64,000 bases of DNA. Source: an uncultured bacterium. Its GTDB lineage: Bacteria; Oederibacteriota; JAAXVQ01; JAUVAV01. The position numbers were made by a program, and so were the translations under genes. Shown here in pieces: positions 18,512-30,400 of this stretch. Under the pieces are notes generated by a model. That model made no database searches. It saw nothing but the letters and a program-made list of their open reading frames with translations, and was not told the DNA's origin. The stretch covers positions 1 to 64,000 of the forward strand of contig CAVQBK010000004.1 in assembly GCA_963710755.1 (NCBI GenBank), given 5' to 3'. How positions within the stretch are numbered: the first letter of the stretch is position 1; the number at the start of each line of letters is the position of its first letter.

Positions 18512-20132
18512 AATTTGGCAAGGCCTTTTGCTATCGGCCTTTTCTGGTTTGCTGCTCATGCTTTCCTGGCAAAACGCCTTTCATCCGGCGATGGCGGCTT
18601 GGCCGGGAGGCATTGCTTTTGTTGCTTTGATTCCTTTTATCCTGGCCTGGCGTCAAACCGGCTGGAGAGGCAATGTGGTTTACGGCTGGCTGATGGGCTT
18701 TATTTATTTTATGGGCATCCTTTTTTGGCTCCAATATATCAACCGCAATACCAATCTGGACAACCGCATTGCCTGGCTCATTTTCTCATTTCTTGGGGGA
18801 TGCTATTTTGCCCTTTTTGCAGGTACTGCCTCCTGGGTTAGGGCTAAATTAAAATGGCCATCTGGTTTGGTACTGGCCTTGAGTTGGGTGGCCTGGGAAT
18901 ATGTGCGCGGCCATGTCATCGCCGGCGGCTGGCCTTGGGGCAGCTTGGGCCATACCCAATATGCCAACCCCGTAACCAGACAGCTGGCAGCAGTGACTGG
19001 CGTTGGAGGGTTATCCTTTATAATTGTGTTAATTAATGCATTAATTGTGTTTATTTATGAAAAAATAACCAAAAAAAACGTTAAAAATAACATGAATTTA
19101 AGAGAAATAACCAATAATGTAAAAAAAAGACCAATCTTATCAATGACAATATTGGTTTTTATTTTATCTGGTTTATTTTTGGTGTTTATCGACATTGCGG
19201 AGATGGTGGCTTATCACCTTGCGCCTAAGGCAGAAATCAAAGTAGCCTTAATTCAAGGCAATATCAAAACTGATCAAGCTTGGGATGACGCCTATAAAGA
19301 CAAGATCATGGAAAAAATGGCTGCACTCCATCGTGAGGCTGCTATGCACAAGCCTTACCTGATTATTTGGTCAGAATCGTGTTTTCCTGCTATTTTAAAC
19401 TATAAACCAGATGAAAAATGGGAAAAAGAGTTAAAAAAATTAATTAAATCAAACGGAATTGCTACTTTGATTACCAGTAATGAGTATATTCCCACCTATA
19501 ATCTCACGGGTCAGCGCTATCATCATTATAATAGTGCCTTTTTACTGGGTTCTGATGGAGAAGTTTTAGGCAGATATCGAAAAATAAAATTAGTGCCAGC
19601 TGGGGAATATATTCCCTGGAATTGGCTAAAGCTGTTTCTACATGCTGTGGTCAGGGAACCCATTCCTCAAGATTTTGAACCGGGCACAGATTATCATCCC
19701 CTAAATTTAGGACGTCTGCGTTTTTCGCCGCTCATTTGCTATGAAGATCATTTTGAAGAGTTGGGCTATCAATTTGCCAAAAGAGGTGCGCTTTTTTATG
19801 CAGCCCTGGCCAACAATGGCTGGTCCGGGGAGCCTACCATGGGCTTGCAGCATACGACCATGTCGGTTTTCCTGGCTGTGGAGCACCGCATGGATATTGC
19901 CAAAGCTGATATGACTGGTCCGACCTGTATAATAAATGGATGGGGTACTATGTCTCCGGCCCTGCCTTATTATAAAAAAGGTGTTAAAATAACTAATGTA
20001 AAAGTTTCTAATTTCAAACCTTTTTTTACAAAATATGGTAATTTTATTCCTTTTTTAATAACTTTATTATATTTTTTACTTATTTTGGTTTCATTGATCC
20101 CTTTTATATCGAAATGGCTTGAAAATAAATGA
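18495..20132 (+). CDS. lnt: Apolipoprotein N-acyltransferase
   Basis: TM N-terminal half with GGWPWGSLGHTQY. Nitrilase fold with VALIQGNI, WSES (E), YRKIKLVPAGEYIP (K) and ICYED (C). Confidence 0.93.
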   Translation: MTSTFKIWQGLLLSAFSGLLLMLSWQNAFHPAMAAWPGGIAFVALIPFILAWRQTGWRGNVVYGWLMGFIYFMGILFWLQYINRNTNLDNRIAWLIFSFLGGCYFALFAGTASWVRAKLKWPSGLVLALSWVAWEYVRGHVIAGGWPWGSLGHTQYANPVTRQLAAVTGVGGLSFIIVLINALIVFIYEKITKKNVKNNMNLREITNNVKKRPILSMTILVFILSGLFLVFIDIAEMVAYHLAPKAEIKVALIQGNIKTDQAWDDAYKDKIMEKMAALHREAAMHKPYLIIWSESCFPAILNYKPDEKWEKELKKLIKSNGIATLITSNEYIPTYNLTGQRYHHYNSAFLLGSDGEVLGRYRKIKLVPAGEYIPWNWLKLFLHAVVREPIPQDFEPGTDYHPLNLGRLRFSPLICYEDHFEELGYQFAKRGALFYAALANNGWSGEPTMGLQHTTMSVFLAVEHRMDIAKADMTGPTCIINGWGTMSPALPYYKKGVKITNVKVSNFKPFFTKYGNFIPFLITLLYFLLILVSLIPFISKWLENK

Positions 20133-20199
20133 TATGTATGGTGACAGCCATCATGTGATTATTTAACAGGAAAAAATAATAAAATTTTTTTACGGCTTT

Positions 20200-20228
20200 T
20201 TGACTTCCCTAAAAACCGATGCTATACT
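20200..20228 (+). promoter_or_regulatory. Sigma70-type promoter at the head of the giant-gene locus
   Basis: TTGACT (20200-20205), 17-nt spacer, TATACT (20223-20228) with extended TG. Confidence 0.7.
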
Positions 20229-20282
20229 TGCGATAGTTCAAAAAATCTTAACTATTAAAAATTTGCTACTGGGGCAGGCAGC

Positions 20283-21458
20283 ATGCTATTTAAGCAGGGG
20301 GGACAATTAAATATCAGCCTAATTCGGAAGGACTCTTCCTTTGCGATGAACAAGGCTGTGGCCTTTATGCTTGCCTTTAGTTTTACCTTTGTTTTAAATG
20401 GTTTTGATTCCATATTAAGTTTCGCTTTTACCCCAACCTCCTCTCATGCATCTAAGCAATTAATCCAGCTGAATCATGTTAAAACCACTGCGGTGTCCAA
20501 GACCTTCCCACGAGCTGCGGCAGAGGATTATGCGTCCTTGATCATGTCAACTGACCTCCATTGTATTTCTGATATGCAAGGGGAAATGACACCATCTGAG
20601 CTCCATCCGCAAAAGTCCGCATCTTTCCGGTTTGTTGATCTTAACGCTGATTTAACCGCCTATATAAAGAAAATTCATCCTGTGGTTGCCTCAACAGCCA
20701 CGTTGGAGCCGGTTACCTCATCGATGGCTTCACCTGTTCCTACCCAACGGCTAGCCGCAATCGCGCAAGATCGTTCCCTACAGATTAATCCTGTCCCTGT
20801 CATTGCCATGATCGGTCCGGCAGAACCCCATTATCAACCCATTACTGACGATGGTGCTGGATTGGATAAATTTTTAGTATGCGACTTCAAAGCTCGGACC
20901 ATCGGGCGCTCCAATTCGGATCAGACTATGCAGGATCAATTCGCTTTTCTTACCCACTTGCCCGGTTATCTTAAAAAGTCGCTTGACGGAGGTTTATCCA
21001 AAGCCCGGTTCAGACCTTTAACCCAGGAAAACAAGGCTTTGGTTCAATTCAGTCTGCCTTCCAAATCGCACAAAACCTTGCTTCAGGTAGCCGGCGGTTC
21101 TGTCTTTGAAGACCTTATCATGCATACGATGGCACCGGGCAGAACCATTAATAAGCATATGGAGAAATCACCGGTTATGTCCACCGGACCGCCTATGACC
21201 AAGGAATACAACGAGAACCATAATCCAATCCTCCATCCTTCCTTGGTATATTCCGCTTATGTCGCCATGCTTCAGCTTACAGCCGGAAAAAAGCCTCTTC
21301 ATCTGTTGGGAACAACCGGTGGAGCAGACAACTGTGTTGCCAATTATTTTTTCGACCAATCCATCCATGAATTAAATAGGGTGCCTTCAACACCATGGTG
21401 TTTAGGTATGGCCTTTTCAGTAAATGACATTAATAGTCAAACCACAATAACGGGGTGA
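20283..21458 (+). CDS. Hypothetical secreted protein; leader resembles that of the giant protein; possible start at 20346
   Basis: 391-aa ORF. KAVAFMLAFSFTFVLNGFDSILSFAF resembles KQVVSFILLVTFAFTMTGMDAIFANAF of the next gene. Its stop overlaps the next start (GTGA). Confidence 0.65.
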   Translation: MLFKQGGQLNISLIRKDSSFAMNKAVAFMLAFSFTFVLNGFDSILSFAFTPTSSHASKQLIQLNHVKTTAVSKTFPRAAAEDYASLIMSTDLHCISDMQGEMTPSELHPQKSASFRFVDLNADLTAYIKKIHPVVASTATLEPVTSSMASPVPTQRLAAIAQDRSLQINPVPVIAMIGPAEPHYQPITDDGAGLDKFLVCDFKARTIGRSNSDQTMQDQFAFLTHLPGYLKKSLDGGLSKARFRPLTQENKALVQFSLPSKSHKTLLQVAGGSVFEDLIMHTMAPGRTINKHMEKSPVMSTGPPMTKEYNENHNPILHPSLVYSAYVAMLQLTAGKKPLHLLGTTGGADNCVANYFFDQSIHELNRVPSTPWCLGMAFSVNDINSQTTITG

Positions 21459-24400
21459 GGATGATGTTAATCTACAAGCAAAAACAAGCGCAAGCGATGA
21501 GTCCTTGGGAGCGCAAGCTCTGGGGCGGCATGAAACGTTACTTTAAGCAGGTGGTTTCCTTTATACTGCTGGTCACCTTTGCCTTTACTATGACCGGCAT
21601 GGATGCCATTTTTGCCAATGCTTTTGACAACCCCAATTATTACCGCCAGGAACGCAATGATGACCTCAAAGCCCCCCTCAACCCCCTGCAATCCAATCAG
21701 CCCGACGCTTTTATATCCTATAATCCGGTTCAATCCAGTGCCACGGACACCGGTGGACAGCTGAGAGATACTACAGTCAATGTCATTAAAGCTGAGTACG
21801 GCGACTTGGTCGACACCGCAACCCTGAAAACTGCTGCGGAAAAAGCAGGCGGTTCGGTCAGTGTGGATGCCATTGTTCAGCAAATTGCCGGTGATCAGGC
21901 TCAGTCTACGGCTGCGCCCGCTGGGCAACAACAACCGCAAGCCATGCCTGCAACTCAGGACCAAAACAATCAAGCCTCTACTTCCGTCAGCCAAACCCAG
22001 AATCCCGAGACCATGGCTGATGCCGTAACTCTCGGCCAGGGACCGGTAACCCTGGCGATCGATCTCAACGGCGCCCAACCGGCTGACGCTAACACCGGCA
22101 CTCAACAGGAAACCGCCAGTCTGCCTTCCGCTATGCCCGGAGAGAAGACCTCTACGGCCGAGACCACGGAGAAGACCGATTCGCCATCAGCAAAAACCCA
22201 GGTCGCATCTTCCACAGAAAACCCCAAGGGCACCGAACAACCGGTGCAAAAGGATCAGACTCAACCAAAAGTGGCAGAACAGCCGGTCACCCCGGAAGAA
22301 GGCAGTCAGCCCAAACAAGTGGCTGCAGACCAGGGCAGTAAAAAAGATCAGCAACAAATGGTGGAAGACACCCAGCAGCCCAAAGATCAGGAAAATTCCG
22401 CAGCCCAGCAACAGCAGCAAGCCAAGCAGCAAAAGCAGGAGCCTTCCATGGTGGAAACCATGGCCAACAAAGTGATGACTATGTTGGGCATGGCTCCCAA
22501 TGAACCCAAGGAAGCCGAGACCACCACAGCCGATCAATTAAATCAAGCCCAGCAGGGTCAGACCGCGGTTCAGGCCCAAGCCGAGGAAAAACCAGTACAG
22601 GCTGCGGCCAACACCACCGATGAAGACAAATCCAGCCAGGATGTGGCCGCAGCCAGCCAGGACAAGCAAGCACAAACCATGGTCGATCAAGCTACGACCA
22701 AAGACGCGCAGCAGCAAGTGGCGAAGGATGAGCAGACCAAACCAGGTGAACAAACCGTTTCCGGTCAAGACAATGTAAAAAAAGAGGGTGAAACCCAGGT
22801 CACGGAAAAGACCAAGACCAAGGAAGCAGCTGTCAGCACTGACGATGTACTGGCCATGCTGGGTGTACAGGAAAGCGATGGCAAGAAAAAAGAGGCTGCG
22901 GCTTCAGCAGAGACCTTGAAGGTTGATGAGGGTGTACTGGCCGCGGTTGCCGAGGGCACGGAAAAAACGGACAAGCAAGAAGTGGATGTGGCTGCTTTGG
23001 TGGACAAGCCGGCTGAAAAAGAGTCGGCGCAAGAGGTTGTTTCCAAACCCAAAGAAGGAGCGGCAGTAGAAGAGAAAAAAGACAAAGAAAGCCAGGTAAC
23101 AGCGGCAGCGGTGAAGGACGGCAAAGAGCCGACGGTCACTGTGGACAAAAAGCAGCTCGAGACTGATAACAATGTGCCCCTGGTTAAAAACGCGCCTCAA
23201 ACCGGCGTGGAATCCAATGTTGCTATGGTCGGCCCGGAAATTTCTGTGGCCGATATTGACAAAGAAGTGAAGGCTGCTGCTGAGGAAGCAGACAAAGTAA
23301 GAGCGACCGTTGAAATTCCTGAAATGCCTTCGGACCTGGATTTTGGCAATGTTTCCCCGGCCTTGGTGAATACCTCCACCCACACCGACTTTGACGGCGC
23401 CATTGCCGAGGTGGATTATTCCTACAGCTTTGGGCATACCGATTCCACTGCCCTTTACACCGCTTTAAGCACGTTGATGGAGAATGGCCCTCCCACCAGT
23501 TCGCGTACCGGTTTCATGGGCAACTTGATGGACTTTGGCAATCGCAGTAGCTCTTCTTATGATGACAGCTTTGGTATCAATTTCAATAACCTCTTCTCCT
23601 CCGGCAACAACAGCGATCCTAATGCCAACAACGGGCAATATGATGCCATTTTAAATCCCGGAAGCAGTAACTTGTGGTCCGGCAGTAGTTTCAGGCTAAG
23701 TATTGCTTCTTCCTTGAATGGTGCCGACAGTGACTCCGGCACGCCCCAATATTTCACTGCAGAAGAATCTGCTAAATTAAACGATGCTTATAACGCTGTA
23801 AAAGGTTATCAAGCTGAGGCTCAAGCTATGGGCCGGCCGCTGTCTCTGACCGAAGCCATCAAGACCTATATGTACACCATGATCAATCCCAATGCCACCA
23901 TCCCTATAGTGTCCACGGTTAATAATTTCCAATCCTCCAACTGGACCGGGGAGCGTACCAGCAATTGGGACAGCGTGGCCAATGAATACGCCAACCGCTA
24001 TGAGCATCCCAATCCACCGGAAGATGACAAAAAAGGTAGTGGTGGCGGAGGCTGCGCCTCTTTCCTAGCCTCGCCCCTGGGTAAGATATTTATGTTTGCC
24101 GTTATGGTGGTCACCACCATCATGACCGTCGGTACCTCTTCGCCCGTTCTGCTGGGCATTATGCTTACCTTGGAAGCTATTCAGACCTTTATGCCCAACC
24201 TGCCCACGTGGTTGTCTTTTGGGCTTTCTATCCTGACCGTAGCCATTGGCGGGTGGATCAAGGGTCTGGAGCAAGCGGCAGCAAGTGTAGAACAAACGGT
24301 GAGTGTTTTTGTGGAAAAAGCCGAAGGACTCATGAACACCTTGAGCAACAATATTGTGAAACGAGCCATCATTAAAGCTGTGGTCAAGGCGATGGTGGGC

Positions 24401-27400
24401 AAGATCGTCATGATGCTCATGCCTGACGGCATGAATCCCATCCTGTCAGCCTTGGTCAACATGACCATGGGTGCTTTTGCTGATGTCCTGGCGGATGCGG
24501 TTGCTAATGGTGATTTCACCAATCTAGGTAAAGCCTTTATCGAAAAAATGAAGAACCTCTTTGGTTTTGGTGCAGGAGCTGACGGTTTAAGCAGTATGAG
24601 CACCATTCTTTTGTCGGATGGCGTCATCACTCTGGCTGCCGCGGCCGCAGATTGGATAGTCAAGGAAGCTATGGGTGAAGATTCTACCATGGGCAGTATT
24701 ATCGGCGGATTCGCTTCAGCCTTGGTATCAGGCTTGGGCAGTTATGCAAAAACCATGTCCACACTGCCTGCTAATACCACTTTAACCTCAGCGGAACATA
24801 CGGCTTTGGTTCTGGATAGAATCGTGGCACCTATAATTGATACCGTGATCTCACGGGTGATCACGGTATTCCTGGGTCAGGCCGCCAGTCTTAATCCTGA
24901 CCAGGCCATGAACAATCTTCAAATTCAGTTCGTGGCCGGGCAGGTAGGCCAGATTGGCAATGTCCTCCTGCCCGATGTTTCTATAAGCCAAAACGGTCAA
25001 GTCACGGTTACCGGTTTTGCCGACAAATGGAGTGCTGCCACCCAAAGCGGGGGCAGCAGTAGTTCGCCTAATTACAATACCAACAATACGTCGACCACGC
25101 AAACACCCTTCAATCAGCAAGTGGTTGCTGCCGCAGCCAATGGCACCCAACCCGGACAAGGCCCCAACGGAACGGCCGCCGGCACTGTGGGCAAACCCAG
25201 CAACACAGGCATGCAGACACCACCTACCTCGCCGGAAGGCCTCAGAGGCCAGGGCATGACCGATGGTAATAACCAGGCGGTCAATAATAATGATTCAGCA
25301 GCCAATAAACCTGATCCCATTGCTGCCGGGCAAATTAAGCAGCCTGAACAGGCGCCGATGCCCGCCAAAGATGACAGCGCCGCCAAACCTGAAGCAGGTG
25401 CGCCCATCGGCCAATCCAAGGGCAATGAAAGCATTACGAATCCGCAAGTGTCCGTTGCGGAAAACGCCGGGGCCAAAGGCATGAACAGCTCCCCGCAGGC
25501 ACCGCCGACGCAGCAGGAAAAGCCCAAGCAGGAAACTTCGGAACAGAATAAACCGGAAGCCAAACCGGAGCAGCTTCAGGCTCCATCTCAGACTAATGTT
25601 CCCGAACAGGCGCCGCAGGAAAATGCCAAGCCCAAACAAGCACAGGCGCAGGCACCCCAGCCGGAAAGGCAGGATAATGCCCAAAGCGTGCCCCAGCAGG
25701 ATAATAAAAATCAGCAGCGCCAGGAAAATGCACCACAAGCCCAGCAGCATCAGGAAACGGAAAAACCGCGCCAGGAAGTTAAAGTGGATATTGCCGACCT
25801 GCCCGGCGCCCAGCGTCGGGACGGTGAAGTGCCTACGGCCAAAAATGGTGATCAGGTAAAAGGCCAAAGCGGCAATAACAGCAATGGGGATAACAGTGGT
25901 CAAGGGGAAAACACCAATCCGACCATGAATGAAGCCATGAGCCAGATTAAGCAGATCGACAACGGCCAGTTGCCGGCTATCTATGCGGCTGCGGCCAACA
26001 GCCAGCCCCAATCCATGCTGTCCGGCGCCTCCAGCGATCAGGTTAATAAATCATCGGAAAAGGTGCAAAATCTGGTCAATGATCTGAAGAGTGCCAATGC
26101 ACCGGTGAGTGACAATTACAAAGTGGATGTGACGGCCACCACCAATAATTATGGTGCGGAAGTGCTGACCGTTAAGATGACAGGCATGAACACGGCCACA
26201 CAACAAATGGAAACCCGGGTGGCCATGTCCACCATGGTCAATGGCGAAGCTGTGACCACCACCCTGACCCAATCCACTTCTTCCGAAAATGCCACCACTG
26301 CCACAGTATCCGTCGATGGCCAGGAACTGCATAAAACAGAAATCAACAATAATCAGGCCGGCGTCAAAGTCAGCGACGTTGGATTGAGCGCGCAAAAACC
26401 ACAAGGTATTGCTGATGCCAAGCCCATCTCTTCTGAGGGCCGGCGCAGCGGGGATCAGCCCCAACCCAAGGCCGTGCCTAATCCCCTGGCTGCTGCCACG
26501 GGTGCGCCTACTGATCTCAAACCGGGCCAGGGCAAAGTTGCAGGTCAAGGGCAAGCCAGCGGCCATGGCGGCAGTCAAGGCAGTACAGCGGCCAAAGCCA
26601 AAGGCGATCAGGCCAATGGCAATGCTGCTGCCGGTAGCAGTCAGGGTGGTGGTACCTCTGCCGCGGCCACGGAAGGCCAAGCTCAGGGTGCGGGCGCAGC
26701 CAATCCTTTTGCCGGCCAGGATAAAGGTTCCGCCAATGGCAGCCAGCCTGCGCAGGGCCCGCGTCCGCAAGAAGGCGAAAAGATCACTAAAGAGGTGGAT
26801 CTGGGTAATGGTCAAAAGACGTCCCTTTCCTATAACTTCGAGCCTAATGGTAAAACCGGGACCACCACCAAGGAAGTTTTTGGCAATGGCAGTGACTGGA
26901 ACAAATACCGCGTCACCTATTCCAATACCGATGGGTCCATTGTAGATGTGCAACAGCGTGTCAGCATCAGCTGGACCCAGGCGGGTTATAAGTCTTTAGG
27001 CTCGGACCAGGTAGTGGTTAGTGACAGCGCCGGTAATGTGAGAAGCATTTATAAGCAGGACAGCCAGGGTAATCTCACCAAGACCCACGACACCTATACT
27101 ACCAGCTTCAATGGTCAGCGGTTCGGGGCTTTGATGGAAACCAGCCTGGTAGAAGGCCTGGATGAAAAAGCTCAGCAAGCTGTGATCCTTTCGGAAGCTG
27201 CCAAACCGCAAAACCTGATGAACAATGGCGCTGTCGCCGGCAATTTACGAAAACAGGGCATCATGCCCGGCAGTGCCCAATATACGCAAGCCGTGAAATC
27301 CCTGTCCCAACAAATGGCTTCAGCTGCTTATGGTCAGGCCAATGCTCTCTATACCCAGAGCCAGAGCAACAGCAGCATGTCCATGCAGGACAAGCAGCAG

Positions 27401-30400
27401 GCTGCGGCGGTCATGGCCAAGACCAGTATCAACCTTATGACCGTGGCCCCGCAGCAGGTCAACATGACTACCATGGCCGATGCAGCCATTGCCAGTAATA
27501 ATGTGGACCTCATGGTGTCGGCGGCCAACACTCAGTTGGAGGCCTTTGACCGCGCCGGTGCAGCCAAGACCATGACCGCGGCTTATCAGAAAGCAGAAAG
27601 TCTCAATATGACCGGAAGCCAGCGCGCTAGCTTGGCCATGGAAACCGTGGATGCCCTCAAAGCAGCCGGCCAAACCAAAGGCGGAGCCCAAGGGACTTAT
27701 CAGCAAGCTCTGGCAGAAGTGAATACCTATATTAAAAGCGACCTCATGGCCAAAGGAACCACACCCCAAACTATGGCTCTGGCCGCGCGTTACAACAATG
27801 CCACCGGCCGTCAGGCCTACAACACCAACAGCATGGCCAATGACGGCATGGCAACTCAGCTAAAACAAGCTTTTTCCAACGGCCAGAACGGTACCAAAGC
27901 TGTTGAAGGCCTGGGCCAAGTCACCAAAAACGGGGATACCTATCAAATCCAAGCGGACATGGGACAAGGTGGTTCAGTGACCATGAGCGTCACCATGGGC
28001 AAGGACAAAGCCACGGTCAATCAGATGACCATTACGGACCAGAATAAGGGCGTGGAAGTTTACGGTGCTTCCAAAAGCGGTCTCAAGCTGGAACAGACCA
28101 CGGTCTTGGTGCGCAGCCAAAATGTGGACGGCCAGACGGTGGATGCTCAGCGTGTCATGGTGGTGGCCGGCAAGCGTGTGGGTACCGGCTTTATACGCGA
28201 TGACCAAGGCCGGCCGCAGGCTATTTCAGTGAATATGAAAACCGGTGAGATCACGGGGATTATGAAAGCTGCCGGTCAGGATCAGCCGGCGGCCCTGGTG
28301 GCCATGAACCGGCAAAATGCCCTGGTCTTTGCGGAGAACGGCAAACCCATGGCCCTGGACGGCTCGGAAGTTAAGATTTTCCAGAATGCCCAAAACAGCG
28401 ACGTGGTCAGCAGTCTGGTGCAAGCCGGCATGAGCAGCAGTCAGGCCAAACAATTGATCAATGCTCTCAACTTGAGCGGTCAGACGGTCTACCAGATCAA
28501 CCAGACCTTGTTTATCGGTGATGCCGAATCGGGCACCTATCGCACAGCCGGAGTGAATGAGTTCGATAAAGGCAACAGTCAGGTTTATATTGCTCAATAC
28601 AAAGACGGCCAGCTCAGCCAGGCTTTCCTGGCTGATGGCAAGATCTTTGATTTTGTCAATGGAGATCCGGCCCACTTTGCCCTCACTCAGAAAAGTGCGG
28701 ACGGCAAGGCCACCCATACCGCCTACTATGAGAATGGCGAGCTCCAAGGCTCGGCCCTTTATCTCAATGAATTCAAGGATCAGAAAACCGGTCAGACCCT
28801 GAGCCTCACCTATGACAGCCAGGGCCAGCTGACCAGTGACAGTCTGAAAGCCCTGCAGAGTCAGGGCGCCTCCCTGGGATACCGCTTCAGCCAGGTGGGC
28901 GGCGGTTTTGAAATCACCTCCAACGCGGACAGCAAAGTCAGCTACCGTTTCAGCAACAGCGGCTATCGCATTTTCGAATCCAAAGATACCGGCAAGAGCA
29001 GCACTGGTGGCATGCAGGAAAGCTTTGGCTTTGACGTAAAGCAAAAAGTCACCATTTCCATGGCCAAGTACAATGATGCCAATGGCGTGCAGGTGCGCTA
29101 TGACAATGTGACGCGCAGGCAAGTCACCATTTCCATTGGTGCCAATGGTTCAGTCACGCAAGTTGCCGTGGATCGTACGGTGACTGGTACGGCCATTCAG
29201 CGAACCACAACAGTGGCGCAAGCCGGGAATATCGGGAAAATAATGTTGCAAACCGTTGAAACCGGACAGTTTAATGAAGCGGGAAAATTGGTACAGGGTC
29301 ATTCCAAATTAACCGTGGATAACCGGCCCAAACCGCCGGTAAGGCATACGCAGCAGGGTGGCAAAAGAGTTTTACAAGTCAAACAATTGCCTCATAAAGC
29401 TTCGTCTGAAAAAACAACGAAAACAGCGGCACCTAAAAATCCTGATGAGGCCAATAAATCCAAAGCAGCTGCAGCCAAGGCTGAAAAGGCCCTTGCCAAA
29501 CCGGTAACCCAGGAAGCTTCCTCAGTGGTCAAGAGCCAACTGGAAGGCTCCAATACTGTCTCCGACAAGACCATAAATGCAGCGTTAGCGGCAACACCCG
29601 GTAATACTAAAATCGAACTAACCGCAGCTGCAGCGAGCGTCCTGTCGGCGGGCACTACGGAACCAAAGTCTGAAGTGAAAGCCGCGTCGGCAGTGCCTTC
29701 CATTTCGGAAGGATCAACCGAATCGGCCAAAGTCCAGTCAGCGCCGCAAACCTATGCCGAGCAGATGCCAACGATCACTGGCATTGCCGGCATGGAAGAT
29801 GTCAAACCAGCGAGCTCGCCGCTGGATAAGACCATCGACAATGTTTTGGCCATGACATCCGGTACGCAAAAGGGATTGGCCTCACCGGCAGCACCGGTGG
29901 TTGCCGCGGGTATGCTGGGTGTGGCCTTGGCTGCACAAGCAGCACAAAAACTGGTTAACACCCAAATGGAAAAAGCCACTCTCAATACGGCCGTAGGTGA
30001 TATAACTCCTGATTCTCCAATCAATATCGATGCGCAAAAACTTTTGGAACCAAGTCAACTTGAAAAAGTGCTTTCTGAACAAGCGCCCGCCGCCCGGGTG
30101 TCGGTTGCAGGTTATCGTCCCCAAGCAGTGGTGTTATCTAACGGTAAAGAATCTATGACATTGCCGCTGAATGAGGCGCTTGCCACAGCCCCGGCCGCGC
30201 CTTTGGCTCCGGAGCTCCCCCAGGTGATGATCCAAGGCGGCCAATTAGTGGATCAATACGGCAAGCCCTTACAAAAAGTGGATAGCACGGTTTTGTCCAA
30301 TCACTTGCAGGAATCAAACGAACCCTTGAACAATAATTTCAAATCCAGTGTAGCCGCCATGGAGAACGGCGCCACGATCTTCACGACGGACCACAAAACG

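Noticed and set aside
21180-21195. TGPP in the 391-aa ORF as an arrest peptide regulating the giant gene
   Set aside because: It lacks the critical Arg and lies ~90 codons before the stop.
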